A DNA stretch of 64,000 nucleotides from Nemertoderma westbladi. Taxonomy: Eukaryota > Animalia > Xenacoelomorpha. A model generated the notes under the pieces. That model did not search any database, was not told the origin of the DNA, and saw nothing but the letters and a program-made list of their open reading frames with translations. The stretch covers positions 1-64,000 of the forward strand of contig JAUCBJ010008811.1 in assembly GCA_032718475.1 (NCBI GenBank), written 5' to 3'. Below are positions 37,906 through 49,604 of this stretch, piece after piece (position 1 is the stretch's first letter; each line of letters starts with the position of its first letter). The translations under genes were made by a program, and so were the position numbers.

Positions 37906-39006
37906 TTAGAAAAACTCATCAACCTTGCTTGAGTTCTGACCCTCACGAACAATAGAAACTGGAATTAGAGGGTGATCACTGGATTGGAGATATTTATGAG
38001 CATACATCAGACCCTTACACTTCTCGTCCTTAGACGCTCCTTTACCGACCCAGACTAGACACTCTACTCCGTCATCTAAGATGAACACATCGTTGCTATC
38101 CAATGAGGATCGGTTGACGTCGACTGCGCTGAATTCCATGGAGCCGCTGGCATCGGACAGCCGGAAGACGGATTTACTGAAATTCGCGTCCGGTTCATCA
38201 TCAGCATCATCATCCTCGACATCGACGCTGTGTTCAGCCAGAGCAATGTAGCAGGCATGGGTATCCTTGGTATCGTTCTCATCAACCGTCTCAACATGCA
38301 GCTTACCGTTGCGTTCAGACTTCAGTTCTTGCGCGAACTGAATAGCTTTAAACTTCTCATCCTTGGAAGCTTTTTCTCCTATCCAGAGGTAACCTTGAAG
38401 ACCTAAATCAATCAAGTAAACATCGTCTGAGGTCAACTGACTCCTATTAAAGGCTTTTTCTACCACGGATATTGGCTTCTTATTACCATGGAATTGAAGC
38501 AGTCGGGGTGTGTACTTTTTGGCTGAAACATGTCTAAATCCAGTCGCGGCACCACCTTTCATGAGAACCATCTTTTTAAAGTAGCTTTTGAAGCTAGCAG
38601 ATTCGTGGTCTTGTACTTCGCGATGTTGGATCGGTTTGTCGTCGAGGAATGTGTCCAACTCCACGGTTTTATAGGCGGCGGTCCCGTATTCATCCTGGGT
38701 TGAATACTTACCGATCCAAAAGTGAAGGTCGTAGGCCAACTCCTCTGACTTTGGATCGGGTTTATACGTGTTGAGGATGATGTAGGAATCCCCTTCGTAG
38801 AAGCTACCATAGTCCTCCGCAGGCCAGTGTTCGACTTTGAATTTCACAATCCTCCATACATGAACACTAACTTTTTGTCCAGCACCTTTCCAAGCCTTTT
38901 CGGTCTCGGCAGCACCTTTCTTTACATTTTTTTCCAGATCGGAGCCGAAAAGAGCCAAATTGCTATCCTTCCAATCATATTTCTTTGATTTTACTAGCCC
39001 AGACAT
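37906..39006 (-). CDS. Gelsolin-like protein (3-domain severin/actin-modulator type), paralog 1, 366 aa from MSGLVK
   Basis: KKYDWKDSNLALFGSD, WRIVKFKV, YGSFYEGDSYIIL, LHFWIGKYSTQDEYGTAAYKTVELD, QHREVQ, FRLSDASG, LDSNDVFILD. Confidence 0.95.
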   Translation of the reverse strand: MSGLVKSKKYDWKDSNLALFGSDLEKNVKKGAAETEKAWKGAGQKVSVHVWRIVKFKVEHWPAEDYGSFYEGDSYIILNTYKPDPKSEELAYDLHFWIGKYSTQDEYGTAAYKTVELDTFLDDKPIQHREVQDHESASFKSYFKKMVLMKGGAATGFRHVSAKKYTPRLLQFHGNKKPISVVEKAFNRSQLTSDDVYLIDLGLQGYLWIGEKASKDEKFKAIQFAQELKSERNGKLHVETVDENDTKDTHACYIALAEHSVDVEDDDADDEPDANFSKSVFRLSDASGSMEFSAVDVNRSSLDSNDVFILDDGVECLVWVGKGASKDEKCKGLMYAHKYLQSSDHPLIPVSIVREGQNSSKVDEFF

Positions 39007-39646
39007 TATCAAAGTCAAATAGTATTGAAAATGGTGAATAATTTAATATACACAATAAATAATACTGTAATACAGTACTGAATAATAAATTAAACCAATA
39101 TTGTAAATTACGTGACAAAGACAAAGACTGACGGAAGTAATAATTCCAGTAAATCCCATTAAATATAACCAGACTTCTACCCAATGAAAACTCAGCAAAC
39201 ACGAACTTTGTTACCAGCAGTAGTGGTAAGAAATAATTCCATATAATGCCATAGAGATTAGAAATGGAACGAATATTTGCCCACTCAATCAACTATTCAT
39301 TCAGTTGGGTTGGTGTTTCCTTACAAGGAGTGCCTCAAACAATGCAATGGCAGGTAACTTTACGTATGTCTGTCTATGATGATATTGCCGCGGTACTGGC
39401 ATTTTATCAAAGTATAGTAATGTAGCCACTGTATTGTATAGTGTGGTGATGGATCATTGTAAATGGTAACGATGCGGCTTTTGCCTTTAATTTGTATTAG
39501 CTCTTCAAATACCTAAACGCGGAAGCCTAAAAGTAAACTTCTTCCACTAATCTACGCGTTGATTTATTTATTAGATATTCAGATAACGTTGTTGTAAACT
39601 GGTGGGTAATAGAGCCGTAGCAACGGTAGCAGATTCGGGACATTAT

Positions 39647-39686
39647 CAGTGCCGGATTAACCTTAAGGCATATTAATCCGGCACTG
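39647..39686. mobile_element. 40-bp hAT-like mini-element with 8-bp TSD GACATTAT
   Basis: Perfect 14-bp TIR cagtgccggattaa / ttaatccggcactg; gacattat at 39639-39646 and 39687-39694. Confidence 0.8.
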
Positions 39687-40706
39687 GACATTATTGTGGT
39701 GGTTATATTGGATAGTTCAGCGCCATGAACGTTCACTGCCGCCGGTATACGGGGAAGTGTATCTACGCAATTATCCCCCAAAATACACCCAAATATAAAA
39801 CTGTAATCTGTTCTAGTGGCTTTAATTTATTGAAAATGATATTAAATACGCCGCGCTGTATTTGCACAAAATAATTTTAAATTAATTTGTTAGAATCAGT
39901 TGGATAAATATTGTGCTCTAAAGTTACATAATAGTCAAAATTGACAAGAACAAGCATATGGTATGTATAATATTTAAGCACGGAATTTAAAAATAGTTGT
40001 AGCTGTAGGCCTATATTTTAAAGTGGAATAAATTGTTACAAAAATAATTGTCGATACCACAACCAGCCGGTCTTCAGATAAATCAATCACAGACATTATT
40101 ACTGAACTGCAGTAGGAGTACGAGCTAAACTAATGGATATGCGCGCGCAATCTGTCCCCATGCTACATTTATATGCCACAAGCAGAGCCACATTAAGGAA
40201 GCAGCTGATACCATGCGAATACTACGGCATACTGGGGGATTTACAACCCAGTGAAGCTATAGGTAACGGTTGTACAGTAGTGTACATACAGTATGGGTAC
40301 ATTGGTCGTCATGGAGAAACAATAAAGCCAAGGCAGGGCAATGACTCCGTTTCTAACATAATCCGATTTCAATTAAATCTAAGTAACACTTGAAGTAATT
40401 TGGGGACGTCTTTGTTAATAATTCAACAGCCAAAGAAAATAAAACGACACAATCAGTAACAAAGCAATGCCTAGCCAAGAAATTGAGAAACACAAAGATG
40501 AAATTATTACTATACAGTACTACCATTACTACGAAATAATTGTTAAATTAAATTAAATCAACATCTACATCACAATAAATCGTTGGCCGCCAAATAAACT
40601 GAACCCAATACTTAGCAAACTTTATCGTAGCACATAGTCCACCCCAATATGAGGAAGACAACGATCAAACGTACCACAATACAATGACGAGGGAGAAAGG
40701 AGTAAA

Positions 40707-43050
40707 GCGTGTCACCGTGAAGGACACCAGTGACACATTCTCTCATGGCACACGTGTCACTGTCAATGACTCCCGTGACAAATTCTCTCATGGCACACGT
40801 GTCACCGTGAAGAACACCGGTGACAAATTCTCTCATGACACACGTGTCACCGTGAAGGACACCCGTGACACATTCTCTCGTGGCACACGTGTCACCGTGA
40901 AGGACACCCGTGACACATTCTCTCATGGCACACGTGTCACTGTCAATGACTCCCGTGACAAATTCTCTCATGGCACACGTGTCACCGTGAAGAACACCGG
41001 TGACAAATTCTCTCATGACACACGTGTCACCGTGAAGGACACCCGTGACACATTCTCTCGTGGCACACGTGTCACCGTGAAGGACACCCGTGACAAATTC
41101 TCTCATGGCACACGTTTCATCGTGAAGGACACCCGTGACACATTCTCTCATGACACACGTGTCACCGTGAAGGACACCCGTGACACATTCTCTCGTGGCA
41201 CACGTGTCACCGTGAAGGACACCCGTGACACATTTTCTCATGGTACACGTGTCACCGTGAAGGGCACCCGTGACACATTCTCTCATGGCACACGTGTCAA
41301 GAGTCAAGGACACCCGTGACACATTCTCTAATGGCCTACGTGTCACCGTGAAGGACACCTGTGACACATTCTGTCATGGCACACGTGTCACCGTGAAAGT
41401 CACCCGTGACACATTCTCTCATGGCACACGTGTCACCGTGAAGGACACCCGTGACACATTTTCTCATGGTACACGTGTCACCGTGAAGGGCACCCGTGAC
41501 ACTTTCTCTCATGGCACACGTGTCACCGTGAATGACACCCGTGACACATTCTCTCATGGCACACGTGTCACCGTGAAGGACACCCGTGACACATACTCTC
41601 GTGGCACACGTGTCACCGTGAAGGGTACCCGTCACACATTCTCTCATGGCACACGTGTCACCGTGAAGTACACCTGTGACACATTCTCTCATGGCACACG
41701 TGTCACTGTGAAAGTCACCCGTCACACATTCTCTCGTGGCACACTTGTCACTGTGAAGGGCACCCGTGACACATTCTCTCATGGCACACGTGTCCCCGTG
41801 AAGGACACCTGTGACAAATTCTCTCATGGCACACGTGTCACCGTGAAGGACACCCGTGACAAATTCTCTCGTGGTACACGTTTCATCGTGAAGGACATCC
41901 GTGACACATTCTCTCGTGGCACACGTTTCATCGTGAAGGACACCCGTGACACATTCTCTCATGCAACACGTGACACCGTGAGGGACACCCGTGACAAATT
42001 CTCTCGTGGCACACGTGTCACCGTGAAGGACACCCGTGACAAATTCTCTTGTGGCACACGTGTCACCGTGAAGGGCACCCGTGACACATTCTCTCATGGC
42101 ACACTTGTCACCGTGAAGGGCACATGTGACACATTCTCTAATGGCACATGTGTCACCGTGAAAGTCACCCGTGACACATTCTCTCGTGGCACACGTTTCA
42201 TCGTGAAGGACACCCGTGACACATTCTCTCATGGCACACGTGACACCGTGAAGGACACCCGTGACAAATTCTCTCGTATCACACGTGTCACCGTGAAGGA
42301 CACCCGTGACAAATTCAATCGTGGTACACGTTTCATCGTGAATGACATCCGTGACACATTATCTCATGGCACACGTGTCACCGTGAAGGACACCCGTCCC
42401 ACATTCTCTCGTGGCACACGTGTCACAGTGAAGGACACCCGTGACACATTCTCTCATGGCACACGTGTCACCGTGAAGGACACCCGTGACAAATTTTCTC
42501 ATGGAACACGTGTCACCGTGAAGGACACCCGTGACACATTCTCTCATGGCACACGTGACACCGTGAAGGACACCCGTGACAAATTCTCTCGTGGCACACG
42601 TGTCACCGTGAAGGACATCCGTGACACATTCTCTCATGGCACACGTGTCACCGTGAAGGACACCCGTACCACATTCTCTCGTAGCACACGTGTAACAGTG
42701 AAGGACACCTGTGACACATTCTCTCGTGGCACACGTGTCACCGTGAAGGACACCCGTGTCACATTCTCTCATGGCACACGTTTCATCGTGAAGGACACCC
42801 ATGACACATTCTCTCATGGCACACGATGTTACCGTGAAGGACACCCGTGACACATTCTCTCGTGGCACACGTGTCACCGTGAAGGGCACCCGTGACACAT
42901 ACTCTCGTGGCACACGTGTCACTGTGAAGGGCACCCGTGACACATTCTCTCATGGCACACGTGTCACCGTGAAGTAAACTCGTGACACATTCTCTCATGA
43001 CACACGTGTCACCGTGAAGGACACCCGTGACACATTCTGTCATGGCACAC
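40707..43050. repeat. 45-bp minisatellite, about 52 copies (gtcaccgtgaaggacacccgtgacacattctctcatggcacacgt)
   Basis: Directly visible tandem units. Confidence 0.95.
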
Positions 43051-43356
43051 CTACTGTTTCTATCTGTCATCTACTGTTTCCACACATTGGTAAGTCCTAT
43101 GGTTTGCTAGCCATGATGCCCTGTCAACCAACAAACCTGAGCACCAGAGCAGTATAACTGAACTGGAATTTGAAAGTAATTGGAAGGAGTTCAACTTATC
43201 GGCTGCCCCGTTACTGAATCCTCACACACCTTATAAAACGACTCACAAACGTCTAAAACGTTTAATGAATGTCCATCATACGGATTACGGTGGCTGAAAG
43301 CGGCCAAAATAATTCACTACTTTTTTTTATTTTTTTTTTATCAACATTTTTTCTTG

Positions 43357-43639
43357 GGCCCATGTGAAGAATACCAGACTTTCTGCCGTTATATTTCACT
43401 TAGCAGTTACCCCCATATGAAGAATACAAGGTTTTCTTCATAAACACAGGTTACAAAGGGTTGAATCTAACCAAAACAATAAACGAATTAATATATGTAT
43501 AGGTTATGAGACAGAAATATTAATAATATTAATTAAAGAGTAATAAAGATAAATTAAAAAAAAATAAAAAATCTTCATATATAAAATTCCAATAAAAAGT
43601 CGACCGAAAAGTGAAATCCTGGTATTCTTCACATGGGCG
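43357..43639. mobile_element. Nested MITE (GG start, 8-bp TSD TTTTCTTG; Merlin-like)
   Basis: gcccatgtgaagaataccag / ctggtattcttcacatgggc; ttttcttg at 43349-43356 and 43640-43647. Confidence 0.75.
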
Positions 43640-43759
43640 TTTTCTTGAATTTTAAACCGGGTTAAAATGAATATATATATAATATATATATATATAATGA
43701 ATATATAAACCCGCGGGGGGGGGGGGTGGGGCATGTCACTGAATTACGACACTGTAGGC

Positions 43760-43970
43760 CTATTCCAGGACATGGTGTAGGTAGTAGAGTACTGGAGTAG
43801 AGTAAAACAAGCGCGAAATCCCACAAAGGTCCGCGTCTACTAACGCATGAACTGTCTCCTTGAATGGCTTACTACCAATCTTACAACAAAAAACATTCAC
43901 CGGAATGGGGGATTGAACTCGGTACCTAGAGTTTCCAAGTCCTACGCTCTGCAAACTGAGTCCCTATCAA
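43760..43970 (-). mobile_element. tRNA-derived SINE-like sequence or tRNA pseudogene
   Basis: Minus strand gactcagtttgcagagcgtaggacttggaaactctaggtaccgagttcaatccccca: A-box- and B-box-like, with imperfect stems. Extent uncertain. Confidence 0.5.
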
Positions 43971-44629
43971 GTCCTAATACCAAAACCTAACGAGAAATTA
44001 CAACAACAACAACAACAACAACAACAACGGAGTGAATACTAGAGGTCTCGCTACGTGGACCTAAAAAGTAATGGCCTAAAGAAGAATAGGACTACAGGGA
44101 ATACCTGAGAGAAGATTAAAGAACTACAATTCTAGGTTCTGTACAGTACCGGAATGGGTATGCTGGTTCCGATTTACACACCGTGTTTCAGCCTGTTAAT
44201 TACATTTTATATTTCCCTCTGCCTCACAGTATGAATAATTTCAACCCGGGGTGATCTTTATATCAACCCGGGTTGATATTAATTTCAACCCGGGTTGAAA
44301 TTCAAGAAAAAAATGTTGATCAAAATAAAAGTTAAAAAAGAAGTGAATCATTTTGGCCGCTTTCGTCCACCGTACCATCATTATATATGTATATCCTCCT
44401 GCTGTTCTACATTTTCATTTATAAAATTATAATATTCACTCGTAATCAGATAACATAAGCACCGATGTTGATTTATGTATGTATATACAAATTAATGTGG
44501 TAAGCCCTACGTTAAATAAGTGTACTTTACACAACGGAAATAACAGACAGAGCGAGTATTAATCACCTAAATTATTATTTTGTGTAAAAAAAAAGCACAA
44601 GAATAAAACACAAATGTAAACGCAAGTGG

Positions 44630-45030
44630 GCCGGGTTGTTTCAATGGGGGGATGAGTCCTCTACAGAGAGCTAGAAGCGGCCCAACTTCCCGGATACAGA
44701 GTGCCGATTCGGACTCCCAGCCCCACAGGGCTTCGACTACAAGTGGGGTGAACCCCACCCCAGAGGAACGGCAGTCTGCTGCATGGGCGGCTGTCTTGCA
44801 GAGAAGATAGCATCTCTGAGAGAGCCGTGACGGCTGATGCGGTCGTAAGCCCCACAACATCCTATGTTATGGTCCCAAAATTGTCCGATGGCAACCCACA
44901 GACAGGGCAGGAGGATGGTTCAGAAGACATACTGTACGAATTCCTAGCCAGTATTGCAGGCAAGTTTGATATTCCCTATCAAATATGTGAAGGTTCAGTG
45001 GAGCAGATGGGATGACATGTATGGTTCTAC
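44630..45030 (-). pseudogene. C-terminal relic of a CRE-like (RLE) non-LTR retrotransposon
   Basis: EYQTCLQYWLGI, CPVCGLPSDNFG, and AHAADCRSSGVGFTPLVVEALWGWESESALCIREVG resemble the CCHC and restriction-like endonuclease region. Confidence 0.65.
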
Positions 45031-45967
45031 ATTCGGAGTTACATTAAATATTTATTTACAATTATAAAAAAATGATGACATTAAACTAAATGCATGTAGA
45101 ACGTGAAATCTCGTAAAATCGCTCAAGAGAAATCAACCATAAGACATACAATTTGTTTTCTATACTAATTCATGGATCCAAAGATTAATCAAAGAAGATT
45201 TACAGGAATCTATGTACATATTTGAACATTACATCAGCCGCTATATAGTCTAATCTTTGATTCCATTAAATCTACTGTTGCTTGTGCCGCCGATTGTCTT
45301 ATCTGTAAATGATTGACAAAAGTCATCCAATTGTAAAGATTATTCATTGTGTATCTTTATTGTTGACTTCTTAGGAATGTTGATGCTTAATTTATATTTT
45401 ATAATAACTTATTTATCGCGGTAATTATTTCGTAATTATACGGCATGACATACTTGATACGCATTATTGCTTATTATATTTGAGTTCAAAGGAATAAAGT
45501 TTTATGCAGAATATTCCGTGTCGAACCTCGATACAGTGATTAAGACAATATCTTATCTACTAAACTAGTGCCAAATTCCTATGTATATGCGTATACTAAT
45601 AGCTAATAGCAATATATACGTTGTATGTGAAAGTGACAGAAAACAATAATAATAATCCAGTTACGTTTACTATGTACAGTATAACAACATTTGCTACAGT
45701 AATTTATTTTAACTTATATTTTAATGACGCGTTACGGCTAAAAGTTAATGAGGTCAAAATTAAAATGGTATGATTGGGATTATATTTTCAGCAGTATTTG
45801 CGCATCCAGGGTGGTGTTGTAAATATTTTTTGACATGTATATAAGAAATATGCAAGTCTTAATTGATAGGCATACTTTTATATATACATGTCTTTATAGA
45901 TAAGTAAACATTTATATATATTATAGATGTCTGCCTAAATAATTTTCTGCAAAAATCACGACATTAA

Positions 45968-46636
45968 CCCTTTACATACTGTGGCACACCCATATGAGCC
46001 AGAGCCACAACCTTGTCCACCGTGGCACACCCGTATGAGCCATGATATTCTATTATGTCTACTATGGTTTCCTATGTTTGACTGGGATGCCAGACTCAGC
46101 TCAGCAGCTGTCTGACAGCACCTACCAGTAGTAGTGAAGATGTCATGCATTTTTGTATATTTCAGTAGCACTGCAGTTGAAGAATGTATAGCTTAACTAA
46201 CAGTACAGCAGCAGTATACTCTAATACATAGCGCCAACTGCAGCATTTCACTGTTCATTATGCTTGATTAGTAAATTTGACAATTATACTGCCTGTTTAT
46301 TTAGGTATTTAAGTTTAGTATTTTGGTTATCTTTGCTGGTTTGTTTAGATAATGTGGTATAATCCCATATAGTCATGTATTTGCAGGAAGGTTGGTTTGG
46401 CTTTGCTCATGTACAACCCTACATAAGATGGCCTAGTCTTTTTTAGTATTAGGTTTAGTAAGTACTACTGTAGTAATGTGTAATACAAATAATTGGCACT
46501 GACAGACGCATACGTCAAATATTATACTGATGGCATACTGATGGCTCACCCGTATGAGGAGCCACGGTGGAGGGTGGACATCAAAATGACTGGTCCTCCA
46601 GGCGTATACAAAATTATTTCCTGCGTATGTAAAGGG
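45968..46636. mobile_element. piggyBac-type MITE
   Basis: TTAA|CCCTTTACATAC ... GTATGTAAAGGG|TTAA, plus subterminal inverted repeats tccaccgtggc / gccacggtgga. Confidence 0.88.
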
Positions 46637-48044
46637 TTAATTCACATTCTAGCGGAAGAGTATTCTTGTAACAGTAGGCCTATACCTTGAAAGAATTGAA
46701 AAATAATATACGTATGGAAATTGAAAATAGCTATATGAAAGACAATTATACGGTAGCGATAACGCGACAACAGCCATATAGGCAAAGCATATTGCACACC
46801 ATTGTTGTGTCTTGCGAGTCATCAATACTTACTCAATGTTTGTTTTACAGTAATATTGTTTTCAGATACACTTTAGCCTATCGGTACCGTATACGGACAT
46901 AACTGCAATATGATCAACAATTTATTATACTGTACAGTATACCCAATGTGATAAGGTCAGTTATTTGCTGTGAATCTGGAATTTTCCGCAAGAAAGAAAT
47001 TATTATTCACAGAATTACCGCGGATTTGTTAGAGTAGGCCTAGCTAGGCCTATGGATTCGCCGTACATTAAACCACGATTTGAACGAAGGGAAATTCTTA
47101 CTTATGTACGAATTTCTATGCCTTTTATTTCACTCTTATTTGCTATACAAATACTAATAGACCTAATATTAACTCGCATCGATCAATGCTACTCCTTGAG
47201 GGGCACAGACAACAGACGTCACACCATAAAAGTATTAAGTGGGAGTCGTGGGACTTTATATAAACAAGAAGTTACACAAACGAGACATTGCGTAAACAAT
47301 GTTTGCATATCGGAGCGTTAGACAAACAGCTCTACATCCACGTTTCGTGTGTTGTTTGCTTAAATGCCTTACCCACCCACAAACAAACATTCGACCACAT
47401 ACAGTACTTATCTTTCAATTAATTACATAAGATCATTTAGAAATAAAACTTAAATTTGTATTGAAAATAGTAATAATTAATTAGATAATTATGGAACAAT
47501 CTTAGCGCAAATCCAATCTGAGCAATCTAAGGAAATCTACACGGATAATGTTTTTACTGTGTGACTAATTAACGTTTTAATAACGGCAAATTTACTTTTC
47601 ATATTTTCTGAAATTGGTTTAATTCAATTGCGTTTATATTTTTGAGTTTTTGGTGTTGTTCACATGACATTTGCATCAGCTGTTGCTAGGTAATTTCAAT
47701 CAATATTACAAACGGGACGAACATCAATAACTGGGGACAACCATATGGATGGAACTACAGTATGGTTGGTAGTGAGAGTAAGAGAGTAATTACATTGAAA
47801 ACGCAGATGGTTATTGCCTGTTTGTTCCCTTGTAATAACTAATATACTCAACGCAATAAAATAACACAGCGGTATTTTGACATTAATGCAGTTTCATTTT
47901 ACATTATTGTAGTGTACTGCATATGTAACTGATCACTTGTACGATTTTGGGGGATAATTATAATACATTTATTTATTTCCGTTTGAATATAACCCCGTAT
48001 TTCATTTGGTTACAAAATAATTTAGCCATTATTATATCTGTAAC

Positions 48045-49145
48045 ATGGCAGGGTTTGTAAAAGCAAAGAAATACGACTGGAAGGATAGCAATTTGTCTCT
48101 TTTCGGTTCCGATCTGGAAAGAAAAGTTAAGAAAGGTGCGGCAGAGACCGAAAAGGCTTGGAAAGGTGCTGGACAAAAAGTAGGAAACCAGATCTGGAGG
48201 ATTGTGAACTTCAAGGTCCAACACTGGCCTGCGGAGGACTATGGTAGCTTCTACGAAGGGGATTCCTACATCATCCTCAACACGTATAAACCCGATCCAA
48301 AGTCTGAGGAGTTGGCCTACGACCTTCACTTTTGGATCGGTAAGTATTCAACCCAGGATGAATACGGGACCGCCGCCTATAAAACCGTGGAGTTGGACAC
48401 ATTCCTCGACGACAAACCGATCCAACATCGCGAAGTACAGGGCCACGAATCTGCTAGCTTCAAAAGCTACTTTAAAAAGATGGTTCTCATGAAAGGTGGA
48501 GCCGCCTCTGGATTCAGACACGTTGAACCTACAAAATACCAACCCCGTCTGCTACATTTCAAAGGTAATAAGAAGCCTATAGTTATAAAAGAAGTTATCT
48601 TTAACAGAAACAAACTGAATTCAGATGATGTGTTTATAGTGGATATGGGCATGAAAGCGTACATGTGGATTGGTTCGGGAGCCACCAAAGATGAAACTTT
48701 TCGTGCCACTCAATTCGCTCAGGAGTTGAAGTCAGAACGAAACGGTCGTATAACAGTGGACACAACCCGGGAGGACGACACTGAGGTTGATCACCCTCTC
48801 TACATCGCCTTAGCTGAACATGCCGTGGATGATACAGACGATGACGCCGATGAGGCTGATGTTGCAGGGAGTAAAACCGTGTTCCAACTTTCCGATGCCT
48901 CTGGAGAGATGAAGATGAACAAGGTATCGTCCATTAGATCTTCCCTAGATACCAATGATGTATTTATATTAGACGACGGCCTAGAATGTATCGTTTGGGT
49001 TGGTAAGAAGGCCTCTAAAGACGAACGATCCAAAGGTTTGATGTACGCCCATAAATATCTACAATCAACGAAACATCCTTTAGTCCCGGTATCGATTGTT
49101 CGTGAGGGACAAGGACATCACTCGATAGATAAATTCTTCCAATAA
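48045..49145 (+). CDS. Gelsolin-like protein (3-domain severin/actin-modulator type), paralog 2
   Basis: Same motifs as paralog 1; 366 aa, uninterrupted. Confidence 0.95.
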   Translation: MAGFVKAKKYDWKDSNLSLFGSDLERKVKKGAAETEKAWKGAGQKVGNQIWRIVNFKVQHWPAEDYGSFYEGDSYIILNTYKPDPKSEELAYDLHFWIGKYSTQDEYGTAAYKTVELDTFLDDKPIQHREVQGHESASFKSYFKKMVLMKGGAASGFRHVEPTKYQPRLLHFKGNKKPIVIKEVIFNRNKLNSDDVFIVDMGMKAYMWIGSGATKDETFRATQFAQELKSERNGRITVDTTREDDTEVDHPLYIALAEHAVDDTDDDADEADVAGSKTVFQLSDASGEMKMNKVSSIRSSLDTNDVFILDDGLECIVWVGKKASKDERSKGLMYAHKYLQSTKHPLVPVSIVREGQGHHSIDKFFQ

Positions 49146-49604
49146 TAATATTCTTCTAGTTACATCTTATATATCCATATTATTCATATTATATGCGTAA
49201 TATAAATAACAGTATAATAATTTCAATCGATTTACCGTATTATTTGTACTGTAATTCGTCGTTGAGATTGGCTTACTGTACGTATGTGTGTTGGTTCTTT
49301 ATTCAGTTACTAATTAATTATTAGTACATTCATACTATGTTATTAAAGCTACTGTATGTACTTAATAATTACCTTTAGGATGGGTTTATTTTCTACATAA
49401 TCTGATTACTGTATTACCTTATAATGTAATTTACTATTTATATAAAGTGCTACATTAGTTTGAAAGTAATTGTGCGCCCATCGATTTTACAAAGAATATA
49501 AATGCATACAGTATTTGGAGTATTTATTTACATTATACATATTTATTTGTTAATTTCATGGTGCACATTTCAGTGATTATGATCCGAGTGTGGTTTACAA
49601 ACGT

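Larger units (their letters stand above)
43288..44372. mobile_element. MITE with ~38-bp TIRs and TA target duplication, carrying nested insertions
   Basis: TA|cggtggctgaaagcggccaaaataattcactac ... gaagtgaatcattttggccgctttcgtccaccg|TA. Confidence 0.85.

Noticed and set aside
40133-40393. 86-aa ORF with faint resemblance to a retroelement C-terminus
   Set aside because: No convincing motif.
38559-48492. Near-identical 83-aa ORFs at 38559-38810 and 48241-48492
   Set aside because: Alternative frames within the gene-converted gelsolin tract.
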